The notes beneath the pieces are model-generated. The model ran no database searches and was not told the origin of the DNA. It saw nothing but the letters and a program-made list of their open reading frames with translations. A DNA stretch of 64,000 nt from an uncultured Candidatus Woesearchaeota archaeon (GTDB taxonomy: Archaea; Nanobdellota; Nanobdellia; UBA10117). Shown here one piece after another: positions 19,299-28,710 of the stretch; within the stretch, counting starts at the first letter, position 1, and every line of letters starts with the position of its first letter. Where the stretch lies: contig CAIPHS010000007.1 of NCBI GenBank assembly GCA_903864915.1, positions 15,146 through 79,145 on the forward strand. The letters run 5' to 3'. Made by a program: the position numbers and the translations under genes.

Positions 19299-19994
19299 AT
19301 GAAACAAGTTCCTCTAAAATTAAAAAAACTTCCAAGCATTCTAGCTTTGAACAAATTTAACAAATATGGACTAGTCAGCGAATGGCTACCCAATAATAAA
19401 GATGACAAAGGAGTGCACGTAGTCCATCTAAAAGAGGGACTTATATTTTCAAGCAATAAATATGATTCTTTTGTACCTGCTTACGTTGCAAGCCAGCTTG
19501 GATTCAACACGCCCGGAAAATACTTCCTGCAAGAATTTTTCTATCCTGCGCTGTTAGAACGCGGCGTTCTGCCATTGTGTCCTTTTGCGGCCTGCGAGGA
19601 ATATCTTGATCAAAAGGTTTTCAACGAGAATTTATCTGTAAAGAAAAACAAGCAATTATGGACAGATTTTAACAAAAACATAGTTCCAGAAGTAAATTAC
19701 AACACTTTAATGCCTAAAGCAAAATTCCTTATTGCAATCCTTGATGGCGGACATGCTGCAGATGATGGCGTTTGCGCGGAAATAGGATATTATGCAAGGG
19801 AATTTCCGATGAGACCAATTATCGGCATAAGGAGCGACTTCAGGCTTTCAGAAAATCCTGCAGCAACAGTTAATCCTGCTGTCAGCCATTTCGTAACACA
19901 ATTATTCGAAGGTCCAGAAGCTTATCAACATGCACTGACTTCGACAAAAACTCTGTCTGAAAAAATCAGGGAGTATGCACGAGTAAGCAAATAA
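19299..19994 (+). CDS. nucleoside 2-deoxyribosyltransferase-like protein (tentative)
   Basis: FLIAILDGGHAADDGVCAEIGYYAREFPMRPIIGI resembles the NDT-family D..G...E.G.A motif. Confidence 0.35.
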   Translation: MKQVPLKLKKLPSILALNKFNKYGLVSEWLPNNKDDKGVHVVHLKEGLIFSSNKYDSFVPAYVASQLGFNTPGKYFLQEFFYPALLERGVLPLCPFAACEEYLDQKVFNENLSVKKNKQLWTDFNKNIVPEVNYNTLMPKAKFLIAILDGGHAADDGVCAEIGYYAREFPMRPIIGIRSDFRLSENPAATVNPAVSHFVTQLFEGPEAYQHALTSTKTLSEKIREYARVSK

Positions 19995-19997
19995 ATC

Positions 19998-20846
19998 TTA
20001 TTTTTTCCTTCCAACCATTAAAATATGGGCTGATTCTGCGACGGCATTTGGATTTGTGCAAAGTTTGTAATGTGCATCAAGCCAATTTTTCCAGGCTTTC
20101 TTGTCTTTTGCCAGCTTGTTTACTGTTCCCTTTGCGCTATAACTGCTAGAACTCTCTAATCCGACTAATTCCAAAACCTTGAAATTTGGTCGCAAGAATT
20201 TATTTCTAAATTCTTCTGGCTCAAAGTAATGAGAGTAGTATTTGCCATGCCACAAGTAATCATCGCCAGTCTCCACAAATCTCCTGAAATGCTTGGTGTT
20301 GCGCACCTCTTTGGGAAGTTCAGGAAATATAGGTAGTACGCCATATTTGCCCATGATAGAAACAAAAACTGGTGCACCTTTCTTTGCAACACGGATTAAT
20401 TCGGAAACCGCTTTTGTCCTGTTTTTCTCGCCTTCGACATGAGATAACGGTCCACCAAGGCAAATCACAGCATCAAACATATTATCTGGAAACATAGGCA
20501 TGTCTGTTATCGAACCGCAGATTATGTCCTTAACATGCTTTTGCACTTTTGCTTTCCGAATTTGCTTTTCTGCAAACTTCAGATTTTCTGGAGTTATGTC
20601 TAACAAAATAATATCATAACCTTGTTTCGCTAATTCAATTGTATATCTCCCAGGACCGCCGCCTGCATCAAGAATCAAACCTTTCTTTGGAAAATATTTT
20701 TTAAGATAACGCAGAGTGGTATTTAGCTCTATGGTATGAAATGGATCTTGAACTAACCGATTCCATTCTTTTTTTACAATCCCACTGTAGCATTTTGAGA
20801 TGTGTTTCATTTCAGTAATTTTGCCTAGCTTTTGCCTCTTGCCCAC
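19998..20846 (-). CDS. class I SAM-dependent methyltransferase
   Basis: LILDAGGGPGRYTIELAKQGYDIILLD (motif I and post-I acidic). Confidence 0.7.
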   Translation of the reverse strand: MGKRQKLGKITEMKHISKCYSGIVKKEWNRLVQDPFHTIELNTTLRYLKKYFPKKGLILDAGGGPGRYTIELAKQGYDIILLDITPENLKFAEKQIRKAKVQKHVKDIICGSITDMPMFPDNMFDAVICLGGPLSHVEGEKNRTKAVSELIRVAKKGAPVFVSIMGKYGVLPIFPELPKEVRNTKHFRRFVETGDDYLWHGKYYSHYFEPEEFRNKFLRPNFKVLELVGLESSSSYSAKGTVNKLAKDKKAWKNWLDAHYKLCTNPNAVAESAHILMVGRKK

Positions 20847-21319
20847 GTATCATCTGACAAGTGGCTGTAAATGCCAAATTCATCTGCCTGCTCTTCTTGT
20901 TTGTCTTTCAGCGCTTCAAAAATGTTACGATAATCCCACACCCAGTAGTGGAGGCTCCAGTTTTTCTGGTACATTCCTCCATCTTTGCCAAATATAAGGA
21001 ATGGACCATCTTCTCTTTCGACCCTCAGCAAGCCAATATCATTCAGACGGACAAAAATAGCCCTGGCATCCACATCACGCTTTAATCGGTTGTCTACAAC
21101 GTGATTATTTGTTCCGAAATACTCAATGAGCAGTCCTGCATTCTTTTTTGCATCTTCGTCAGATATTGCTGCATCCATCTTTGGCATAATATGCGCAAGC
21201 AGGTTTTCAGATAGCACGAGAGAATACTTACTTCTGTAGCCACCTTCTACGAGTTTTACCTGCTCTTTGAACCCGGCAACTTCTTCTTCAATGATTTTTG
21301 CCAGGGATGTCTTTACCAT
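20825..21319 (-). CDS. hypothetical protein
   Basis: Intact ORF. Confidence 0.4.
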   Translation of the reverse strand: MVKTSLAKIIEEEVAGFKEQVKLVEGGYRSKYSLVLSENLLAHIMPKMDAAISDEDAKKNAGLLIEYFGTNNHVVDNRLKRDVDARAIFVRLNDIGLLRVEREDGPFLIFGKDGGMYQKNWSLHYWVWDYRNIFEALKDKQEEQADEFGIYSHLSDDTWARGKS

Positions 21320-21364
21320 AGCTAATATTAGAAAATTAAAGCTATTAAGGCTTTTAGCAGTGTT

Positions 21365-22795
21365 TCATTTTTTCAGCAATTCAATTATTTTCTGGGGGTT
21401 GGCCTTGCCCCTGAACTTGCCTATGGCAACGCCAATTAGCTTGTCTGGCGGGCCTTTGAATTCCTTCTGCAGCTTTGCAATCTCTTTTTTCAATTCTGCA
21501 TCTGACATCAGCTTGTATTTTGAGATTATGGAATCTACATCTTTCTGCTTGCTTTTGGCAAGCTCTTCCATGATTGCAGAAACAGATTCCTTGACAATTG
21601 TTCCCTCGTCCAAAGCAGAAATTACCTTATCCATAATATCTTCATGTAGTTCAAATTCCTGCAACTGCAATTTCCTCTTGACCTCTTTCGGAGTTACAAG
21701 CATGGTTGTTGCAACAAGGTTTGCATTCAATTTAGGATATTTCTTTGTAAATGCCAAGAACATTGGCAGCTCTGCTGATGAGGCCAGCTGATTTACAAGG
21801 TCAGGACTCAGGCCAAGCTCCTGCAACTTACCCTTAACAGATTCTACAGATTCTGGCAATTTAATATTTGAAATGTAATTGCTGTCCAAAAATATCAGAG
21901 GCAAGTCAGTCTCTGGATACATCCTTGCAGCGCCAGCCATCGGGCGCAGGAATTTGCTTGTCAAATCTTCTTTGACATTACGAACTTGTGGCTCAATTTT
22001 CTCGCCTTTCTTTATTACATCCTGCTGTCTTTCAATTTCAATATCAACGATTTTTGGCATGTGTGGCAGTTCCTGCACACCTTTTAATTCAACCCGTGGG
22101 TGTCCTGTTATCGAAACATTGACGTCTTGTCTTATTGTTCCGATTCCGCGCCTTACTTTGCCTGTTGACCTTAACAGCATACCAAGTTTCTCTGCAAGTT
22201 CTTTCACTTGTTCCGGAGTCTTGCAGTCTGGTGCTGTTGCAATTTCAACTTCTGCAATTCCCAACCTGTCAAGTCTGAATGTAACAGATTCGGGAGTTTC
22301 AGCTGTTCGCCTGCCTGCATCTTCCTCGAGATAAATATTTTGTATTCCCACCTTGCCAAAACTTGTTTCAATAAAACCACCATAGCCAATCAAGGCAGTT
22401 CTTTGGAAGCCAGATGTATTGGAACCATTGACTACAGTTTTTCTCATGACCTGCACAATATCTGGAAATTTGCAGTGAAGCATTTTTGCAATGAGCAGGG
22501 CGATGTGAAGAGCTTCCGGATTTATCAAATGAGGCGGCTCTTCATCGAGTTCTACAAGGCATGTCGTGTCATCGTATGCTTCGTAAATGTAATATTTTCT
22601 CTGCTTCCTTTCAAAAATTGCGGCGGGATCAATCTCGCCAAGCTCGCCGGCAAGCGGCCTCAGCTCTCGTTTGACAGTAAAATCTGGCTTGTTTTGCCTA
22701 AGTTCAGAAGGGCAGGGGCAGAACAGTTTGTGTGTTGCAAGATGCTGATGGATTTCAATTCCGGATTTCAAGCCAATTTCCTGATAGTCAGTCAT
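21365..22795 (-). CDS. gatE: glutamyl-tRNA(Gln) amidotransferase subunit E (short form)
   Basis: N-terminal MTDYQEIGLKSGIEIHQHLATHKLFCPCP is the GatE signature. C-terminal YqeY-like tail. Adjacent gatD. Confidence 0.7.
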   Translation of the reverse strand: MTDYQEIGLKSGIEIHQHLATHKLFCPCPSELRQNKPDFTVKRELRPLAGELGEIDPAAIFERKQRKYYIYEAYDDTTCLVELDEEPPHLINPEALHIALLIAKMLHCKFPDIVQVMRKTVVNGSNTSGFQRTALIGYGGFIETSFGKVGIQNIYLEEDAGRRTAETPESVTFRLDRLGIAEVEIATAPDCKTPEQVKELAEKLGMLLRSTGKVRRGIGTIRQDVNVSITGHPRVELKGVQELPHMPKIVDIEIERQQDVIKKGEKIEPQVRNVKEDLTSKFLRPMAGAARMYPETDLPLIFLDSNYISNIKLPESVESVKGKLQELGLSPDLVNQLASSAELPMFLAFTKKYPKLNANLVATTMLVTPKEVKRKLQLQEFELHEDIMDKVISALDEGTIVKESVSAIMEELAKSKQKDVDSIISKYKLMSDAELKKEIAKLQKEFKGPPDKLIGVAIGKFRGKANPQKIIELLKK

Positions 22796-22798
22796 TTC

Positions 22799-23176
22799 TT
22801 AAGTTACATTTGTAGCTTTTTTCATTCCTTTTGCAAGCCACAGTGCGACAAGCGGGTTATCCTTGCTTGTACCTTCCGCTTTCATGATGTTTAACTCCTT
22901 AAATATCACATTTAATCTTTGATGAATATCAAGGGATGTTTTTGATGTCAGCACAGTAACGATATTAGCAATCTTTTGTATGTCTTCGCCTATCCTTTCC
23001 GCAGTAGCATCCTGCCGCGCTCCGTGCTCCAAAAGTGCTACAGATTCATTCAGGTTTTTAATATCTTCAAATAATCGTTTAGCCAATTTTTGCGGTTCAC
23101 CCTCTGTCGACTTGATTATGGCTATAACTTCACTTTCTATTGTTGGAATTTGCTTTTTCATTTCAGATATGGACAT
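22799..23176 (-). CDS. hypothetical protein between gatD and gatE
   Basis: 125-aa ORF tightly packed (4-nt gap to gatE). Confidence 0.4.
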   Translation of the reverse strand: MSISEMKKQIPTIESEVIAIIKSTEGEPQKLAKRLFEDIKNLNESVALLEHGARQDATAERIGEDIQKIANIVTVLTSKTSLDIHQRLNVIFKELNIMKAEGTSKDNPLVALWLAKGMKKATNVT

Positions 23177-23186
23177 TTTTGCCTCC

Positions 23187-24488
23187 TTAATCAGAGAACG
23201 CCTTAGGCAGTATCTGCTCTATCAGCTCGCCAGCCATGTTTGTAAGCATCAGCTTCTTTGTTTCTTCCAGGTTTTTGGAATGTGCAAGAACCCAGCCGAG
23301 CTTTGTATAAGCTGTTTCTGACAGCATGTTGCCAAGATAACAGACGCCTGCCTCGTTAAGTATGCGGCCGGCAGAATAAACAAACGGGTCTATTCTTCCA
23401 TAGATTGTCTGCGGCGTAAAGCCGACAAAAACTCCTGCTTTTATGAGTTTCTTGAGAGTTGGTGTCCAGACTGTCTTTTGTTTCTCGTTTGTTGAAACCT
23501 GCCCCAGGCCCGCAGCCTCTATGATGAGGCCTTTGTACTTCTTTTCCATGAAATATTCCAGGATTGCAGGGTCTGCGCCGGGGAAATATTTTATCAGGGC
23601 TATTTTCGGCTCAAACTTGACATCAGCTTCAACTTTCCCTTTGTCACTCCTCAGATTGAGAATTTTATTCATGCGCTCAATCCTGCCGTCTGGCAGGATT
23701 TTTGCCAAAGGAAGTTCGTTGATTGGCCTGAAAGCATCTCTTCGGGAGGTATGCATCTTCCTTACATTCGTTCCTCGGATAGCATAGCAGAAATTATCCT
23801 GTGTGCTGCCATGCATTACGACAGCAACCTCTGCAATGTTTGATTTCAGATAGTGTGCCGCGCAGATTAAGTTCATTCCCCCATCGAAGCTTCCTCTGTC
23901 AGAACTTCGTTGTCCGCCAACGATTGCAACTGGCTTGTTAAGACCTTTCAGTATGAAAGAAAGTGCAGAAGCAGTGTAGTGCAGGAAGTCTGTGCCATGC
24001 GTCACCATAACGCCCGAAACTTCTGGATCGTTAAGCTCTTTGGCAACTTCTTTTGCAATAACTTGCCACTCTGCTGATGTCATGTCCTCAGACCAGATTG
24101 CAAAAGGCTGCACAATCTTCTTGATATTTACAATATCTAGCAGTTCGGGGGTTGCCAGGAAGACTTCTTCCGGCTTTATCAACGGAGAGACTCCGCCTGT
24201 TGAATAGTCCACTTTTGATGTTATGGTTCCGCCAGTCGTAATTATCGAGATTGACGGCAAATTCTTGCGGAAAGGCGGCTTTATCGAAGGTTGCTTGCCT
24301 TTCTCAGCTTTTCCGACATGTTTGACAGAAACCTCTTTGGTTAATTTGATGCCAAGGTTGTAACCTGAAGCTAATTTTATGATCAAAACGTCTTCCTGCC
24401 CCTCAAGCGTCGGCATGACTATGCCTTCATACTTCGAGCCTTTGGTTTCAACAAGAACTTTGTCATTAACAGAGAACTTCGCAGCCAT
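23187..24488 (-). CDS. gatD: glutamyl-tRNA(Gln) amidotransferase subunit D
   Basis: Asparaginase-type ISIITTGGTITSKVD motif. N-terminal GatD-specific domain. Confidence 0.8.
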   Translation of the reverse strand: MAAKFSVNDKVLVETKGSKYEGIVMPTLEGQEDVLIIKLASGYNLGIKLTKEVSVKHVGKAEKGKQPSIKPPFRKNLPSISIITTGGTITSKVDYSTGGVSPLIKPEEVFLATPELLDIVNIKKIVQPFAIWSEDMTSAEWQVIAKEVAKELNDPEVSGVMVTHGTDFLHYTASALSFILKGLNKPVAIVGGQRSSDRGSFDGGMNLICAAHYLKSNIAEVAVVMHGSTQDNFCYAIRGTNVRKMHTSRRDAFRPINELPLAKILPDGRIERMNKILNLRSDKGKVEADVKFEPKIALIKYFPGADPAILEYFMEKKYKGLIIEAAGLGQVSTNEKQKTVWTPTLKKLIKAGVFVGFTPQTIYGRIDPFVYSAGRILNEAGVCYLGNMLSETAYTKLGWVLAHSKNLEETKKLMLTNMAGELIEQILPKAFSD

Positions 24489-24530
24489 TTCGTTTAAAGT
24501 GCACTATTGGTTTTAAAGCGTTTTGTGCTT

Positions 24531-24893
24531 TCACTTCAACAAAACTTTGAGGTTGCGCGCACCCATAGAATTCCTATGCTCCTCTGCAACTAAAGTCAGA
24601 TCATGAACTATTTTATTGACATCCACTCTGAATTTTTCCATCGGTCCTTTGTAAATGATAAATACCGAATCATCCACGTATCGCGGTGGACCAGATGACT
24701 TTCTATCCAGTAAAACCACTTTAGGCTTGAAGAAACCAGTGTTTAGCGCTAAAATGTATTTAAGTCCCCACATTACCTGTTCAACTATTACTTTAACGCC
24801 GAGCTGCCTTTCAAGATAAGGTGCTAAAACTTTACGAACAAGTTCATCAATGTACTTTTTTTCTCGTTGCATTCCTTCTTGAATTTCATCCAC
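24531..24893 (-). CDS. hypothetical protein
   Basis: Intact ORF. Confidence 0.4.
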   Translation of the reverse strand: MDEIQEGMQREKKYIDELVRKVLAPYLERQLGVKVIVEQVMWGLKYILALNTGFFKPKVVLLDRKSSGPPRYVDDSVFIIYKGPMEKFRVDVNKIVHDLTLVAEEHRNSMGARNLKVLLK

Positions 24894-25214
24894 GTTATTT
24901 CAATAATCGCATCAGTTTTAAAATATTGTGATTAAAAGTTTGGTTGCCATACTGCTTTGTCTGTTACTTCCAGTTGCGATTTGACTTTTGTTACGCTTTC
25001 AATGCGAAATGCTATGGACATAAATTTTTGGGGCTAAACTTCCAAGTGAAACAGTGGTTTCAGTTATGAAAACACTACTCAATCCATAGTTTGCAAAACC
25101 GACCTGCAGAAAAAATTAACATACTCTTCTTATGCAGAGCACATGGAGTTCATTTGCATTTCAACTGGAAAAATCGCACAGCATAGCATTTGTATTCTTG
25201 AGTATACGAAGCCT

Positions 25215-25224
25215 TTTATAAAAG
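25215..25224 (+). promoter_or_regulatory. TATA box (TTTTATAAAA) about 80 nt upstream of ftsZ
   Basis: Sits in a 410-nt non-coding leader. GGAAGGAAGGAGGT SD-like run precedes the ATG. Confidence 0.3.
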
Positions 25225-25303
25225 GCGTTACATAATTGAAACACCAATCCAAAAAGGAAGGAAGGAGGTAAGTGGGTGCTTAAAGCATACTACTTAACTG
25301 GCC

Positions 25304-26371
25304 ATGGAATTTATCGTACAAGACGCATTGAAAAGTGCAGCAACAAGAACTAGTGACGACTTTATCATTGGGAGTGCCAATATAAAAGTAATAGGATGCG
25401 GCGGAGCCGGCATTAATATGGCCGACTGGCTGTACAACAAAGGCATCAAGGGTGCCGAGATCATCGGCATAAACACAGACAAATTACACCTTGATAACAG
25501 AAACGCAGACAAAAAGATTCTAATCGGCCGCGATTTAACAAGAGGCTTAGGCTGTGGTGGAGACCCATCAAAGGGACACGAAGCAGCAAAAGAAAATGCT
25601 TCTGAGATAAAAGAAGTGCTGAAGAACGGAGACATGGTTTTCGTTTGCGCAGGAATGGGCGGAGGAACAGGAACAGGTGCCGCTGCAGTAGTTGCACAAA
25701 TTGCAAAAGAACTGGGCGCAATAGTCATAGGCGTTACAACGATGCCTTGGAACATTGAAAAGGCAAGAATCGACAAAGCTGAATTCGGCCTTAAGCAGTT
25801 AAGGCAAGTGGCTGACACAGTAGTTGTAATAGACAACAACAGGCTGTCAGACATAGCAGGCAACCTGCCAATCCAGCAATCATTCGCTGTTGCCAACGAA
25901 ATAGTTGCAACAATGATCAAATCGATTGTTGAAATTATAGCAGTTCCGAGCCTGATAAACCTGGACTATGCTGATGTAAAGGCAATAATGAGCAAAGGCG
26001 GAGTCTCGGTAATAGGATTCGGCGAATCCGACTCTGAAAACAGAGTTGAAGAATCTGTACATAGAGCATTAAGCAATCCATTGCTTGATGTGAAGTACGA
26101 CGGAGCAACTGGTGCAATCATCCACATAACTGGTGGACCAGACATGACTCTAGACGAAGCTGAAAAGGTAGGCGAGCTGATAACAGCAAGCATGGATCCT
26201 GAAGCAAACGTCATTTGGGGCGCAAGAATCGACCCGAAGATGGCAGGCAAGATCCGAGTAATGACTATAATTGCTGGCGTCAAATCACCATATGTGATCG
26301 GCAAGCAAACGTACTCGGCAGCGAAGTCTTCAGAGTTCAACTCAGAACTCGGAATAGACATACTTAGGTAA
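25304..26371 (+). CDS. ftsZ: cell division GTPase FtsZ
   Basis: GCGGAGINMADWL. GGGTGTGAAAVVAQ tubulin signature. T7 loop NLDYADV. Confidence 0.9.
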   Translation: MEFIVQDALKSAATRTSDDFIIGSANIKVIGCGGAGINMADWLYNKGIKGAEIIGINTDKLHLDNRNADKKILIGRDLTRGLGCGGDPSKGHEAAKENASEIKEVLKNGDMVFVCAGMGGGTGTGAAAVVAQIAKELGAIVIGVTTMPWNIEKARIDKAEFGLKQLRQVADTVVVIDNNRLSDIAGNLPIQQSFAVANEIVATMIKSIVEIIAVPSLINLDYADVKAIMSKGGVSVIGFGESDSENRVEESVHRALSNPLLDVKYDGATGAIIHITGGPDMTLDEAEKVGELITASMDPEANVIWGARIDPKMAGKIRVMTIIAGVKSPYVIGKQTYSAAKSSEFNSELGIDILR

Positions 26372-26391
26372 GGAAGGAGGTAATATCCATA

Positions 26392-26504
26392 CCTGGGGGC
26401 GTTGCCCCCATATTTTACACTCTCCCACAAGCACCTCCACGTTCCCTTCAGGGGACAAAGCGTGGGTTCTGCGGCCCACAATGGGCCGCTTTTCTATTTT
26501 TTTA
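26392..26504 (+). ncRNA. candidate structured small RNA / terminator module downstream of ftsZ
   Basis: TGGGGGC-GTT-GCCCCCA hairpin (26394..26410). CCACG...CGTGG enclosing CCCT/AGGG. GCGGCCC-ACAAT-GGGCCGC hairpin (26471..26489) followed by T-tract TTTTCTATTTTTTTATTT. Confidence 0.3.
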
Positions 26505-26553
26505 TTTCGTTAAGCAAACAAATCCTTATTAAATTGCCACTCTTTCGTAAAAC

Positions 26554-27075
26554 ATGAATGGTCTTAACGGCAATAAGTTTACTTCACCTCAAGAACTTCT
26601 AGACGACTTGATACAACGAGGAGGAGTAAAAGAAGATGAAACTATCACACAAGAAGAGCTTCTTGACAGGTTAAGAAAGGACCTAACTAATCCAACTACT
26701 CAGTATAAAGCTGAAGGCTGGTATGCCTTCCATGGAGAAGGGAACCCTTTCACCGGCTTGCTCGAAATAGATGGAAATGGAAAATTCACTGGCGAAATTA
26801 AAGACCCTGCTTCGGTAATTGCCAGGCACATTGTATGCGGCAGGCAAATTGCTATAAAAACCTACCAAACGCTGCGGTTTGTAAAGATTCCTACGGGCGG
26901 GTTAATGAATATCTATTACACTTACACAAAATCAGACGGCAAAAAAGAGATTGAAGGAAACTACATTGGTTGCTGGGCATTCGGCAACGAAGGCATTCCT
27001 TTCAAGATAGATAGGTGTGAATTTGAAACTGAAAAAACGAACAAGTCAGAAATAACCCTAAAATTAATTAAGTAA
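26554..27075 (+). CDS. hypothetical protein
   Basis: Intact ORF. Confidence 0.4.
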   Translation: MNGLNGNKFTSPQELLDDLIQRGGVKEDETITQEELLDRLRKDLTNPTTQYKAEGWYAFHGEGNPFTGLLEIDGNGKFTGEIKDPASVIARHIVCGRQIAIKTYQTLRFVKIPTGGLMNIYYTYTKSDGKKEIEGNYIGCWAFGNEGIPFKIDRCEFETEKTNKSEITLKLIK

Positions 27076-27106
27076 TCGTTTTAAACAACCTTTTTCTTTT
27101 ATTAAC

Positions 27107-27484
27107 ATGCGCAAATTCTCAATAGACAACTTGAAAGTCCCGAAAGGATTGAAGATAATCATAGCAATCGGCGCAATACTTCTGGTCGTTACCATGGCTG
27201 CATTCCTGCTTGTAAGGGTTATTACAACAACTGCAGACCTTACTGGCTTGAAACAACAAATCGTGACAAATTGCACAGATACTGATAATGGCAAAGTAGC
27301 TATGACGTTTGGAACATGCGCAGATTATACGAGGAAAACTTATTCGGACACTTGTGTACTAACTGGTGTAAGGGAACCGTTGAAGCTGCAGGAATGGTTC
27401 TGTGAAAACAATACCTGCAAATCAGAAATAATTTATTGCGAATCAGGCCAGGCTTGTGTTGCGGGTCAGTGCATTATAGCCTGA
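27107..27484 (+). CDS. small membrane-anchored Cys-rich extracellular protein
   Basis: N-terminal TM. 8 Cys in the C-terminal half. Confidence 0.45.
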   Translation: MRKFSIDNLKVPKGLKIIIAIGAILLVVTMAAFLLVRVITTTADLTGLKQQIVTNCTDTDNGKVAMTFGTCADYTRKTYSDTCVLTGVREPLKLQEWFCENNTCKSEIIYCESGQACVAGQCIIA

Positions 27485-27947
27485 GTTCCTTGAAAGCTTC
27501 GCTGATTAATTCCTGTGGCCATCCTTTTTGCACCAAGGCCATCCAAATCTTTTCCTTGGGCTGTCCTGAAGAATATGAATTCAAGATGTATACCCTAACT
27601 TGTTCTTTGATAAAGCCGACAGGCCACATTGGCTGGGGCATCATCCTTGATTGTGAAAACTGCGGCCTGAAAACTGCCGCTGCAGTCCCTATGATAAAAA
27701 CTCCGGCAATTACCGTTATTATGAGCCATTTTAGCTGCGATGCAAACAACGTCTGCACTCCTACTGCGAACTGAGTCATGCCAGTCAGGCCTGCTTGAGT
27801 TTCATTTGACTCATTTCCGCCGAATATCGCACCGCCTGTCAGAATATTCTGCGATTCAAGCGAAGTCATCGTGATAAAAGCTGTGACAATCATGAAGAAA
27901 ATCGCACTTATGAATACGAACAGCAGGATGCTCTTGTTTTCCGCCAT
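27474..27947 (-). CDS. membrane protein
   Basis: Three or four TM helices. Confidence 0.45.
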   Translation of the reverse strand: MAENKSILLFVFISAIFFMIVTAFITMTSLESQNILTGGAIFGGNESNETQAGLTGMTQFAVGVQTLFASQLKWLIITVIAGVFIIGTAAAVFRPQFSQSRMMPQPMWPVGFIKEQVRVYILNSYSSGQPKEKIWMALVQKGWPQELISEAFKELRL

Positions 27948-27989
27948 GGCCGTATTAATAACATAAAAGGCGTATAAAAAGCTTTCAAA

Positions 27990-28682
27990 TCACTTCTTCT
28001 TTTTGGCCTTTGGAATCCGCTTTTTGACTTCCTTCTTCACTTTTTCAATAACTTTCTTTGTGGTTTCCTCTGCAAGCTCGCCAAACCTGATTTCTTCCTT
28101 TTCAGGGTAAACTAAAGCTGAAATCAATCTTCTTTCTTTTCTTATTTTCTTGTTCCATTCTTCTATATGTGTGCAATCTTCAATGCCTGCTCTCCCCAAA
28201 GGCCTGCTAATCTCTACAGGATAGCCCAGTGGGATTATTGCGTGGATCTTTATTGCTGCAGGTATCTTGAACTCCTTCCTTAATCTTGATTCTGTGAAAC
28301 TGCCGACAAACGTGCTCCCTATGCCCAAATTCCATGCAGCAAGAATTAGGTTTTCAGCAGCCAGCATGGTATTTTGGTTATCATAAGTGTCCCCGACTTT
28401 GTCACCGAACTCTGCCTTAGTCATATTGGGATTTGACAGCAATAAAATAACTGTTGGCGCAGTTGCAATCCAATCCTGCTCCAGGGCGGCTTCTGCAATC
28501 ACTTTCTTCTTGGCCTCATCCTCTACGATCAAAAACTGCCATGTCTGCAGATTTCCGGCACAAGGTGCAAGGTTTGCAGCATCAAGAACTGCATAAAGGG
28601 CTTCCTCAGGAATTTTGGTATGGTGGAATTTCCGGATAGACCTCCTGGTCCTTATGCAATCAAAAGTGTCCATTAACAACAT
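27990..28682 (-). CDS. nitroreductase family protein with Lys-rich C-terminal tail
   Basis: CIRTRRSIRKF N-terminal nitroreductase signature. Confidence 0.75.
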   Translation of the reverse strand: MLLMDTFDCIRTRRSIRKFHHTKIPEEALYAVLDAANLAPCAGNLQTWQFLIVEDEAKKKVIAEAALEQDWIATAPTVILLLSNPNMTKAEFGDKVGDTYDNQNTMLAAENLILAAWNLGIGSTFVGSFTESRLRKEFKIPAAIKIHAIIPLGYPVEISRPLGRAGIEDCTHIEEWNKKIRKERRLISALVYPEKEEIRFGELAEETTKKVIEKVKKEVKKRIPKAKKKK

Positions 28683-28710
28683 TTATATTTGAGGATATAA
28701 AAACCTATTC

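Noticed and set aside
25271-25306. Possible GTG start for ftsZ right after GGAGGTAA at about 25271
   Set aside because: The GTG GGT GCT TAA frame hits a stop after three codons. The ATG at 25304 is the start.
25294-26481. Minus-strand ORFs antisense to ftsZ (25294..25920, 25966..26481 and shorter ones)
   Set aside because: They sit within the highly conserved ftsZ coding sequence. They are typical GC-driven antisense open frames with no start context.
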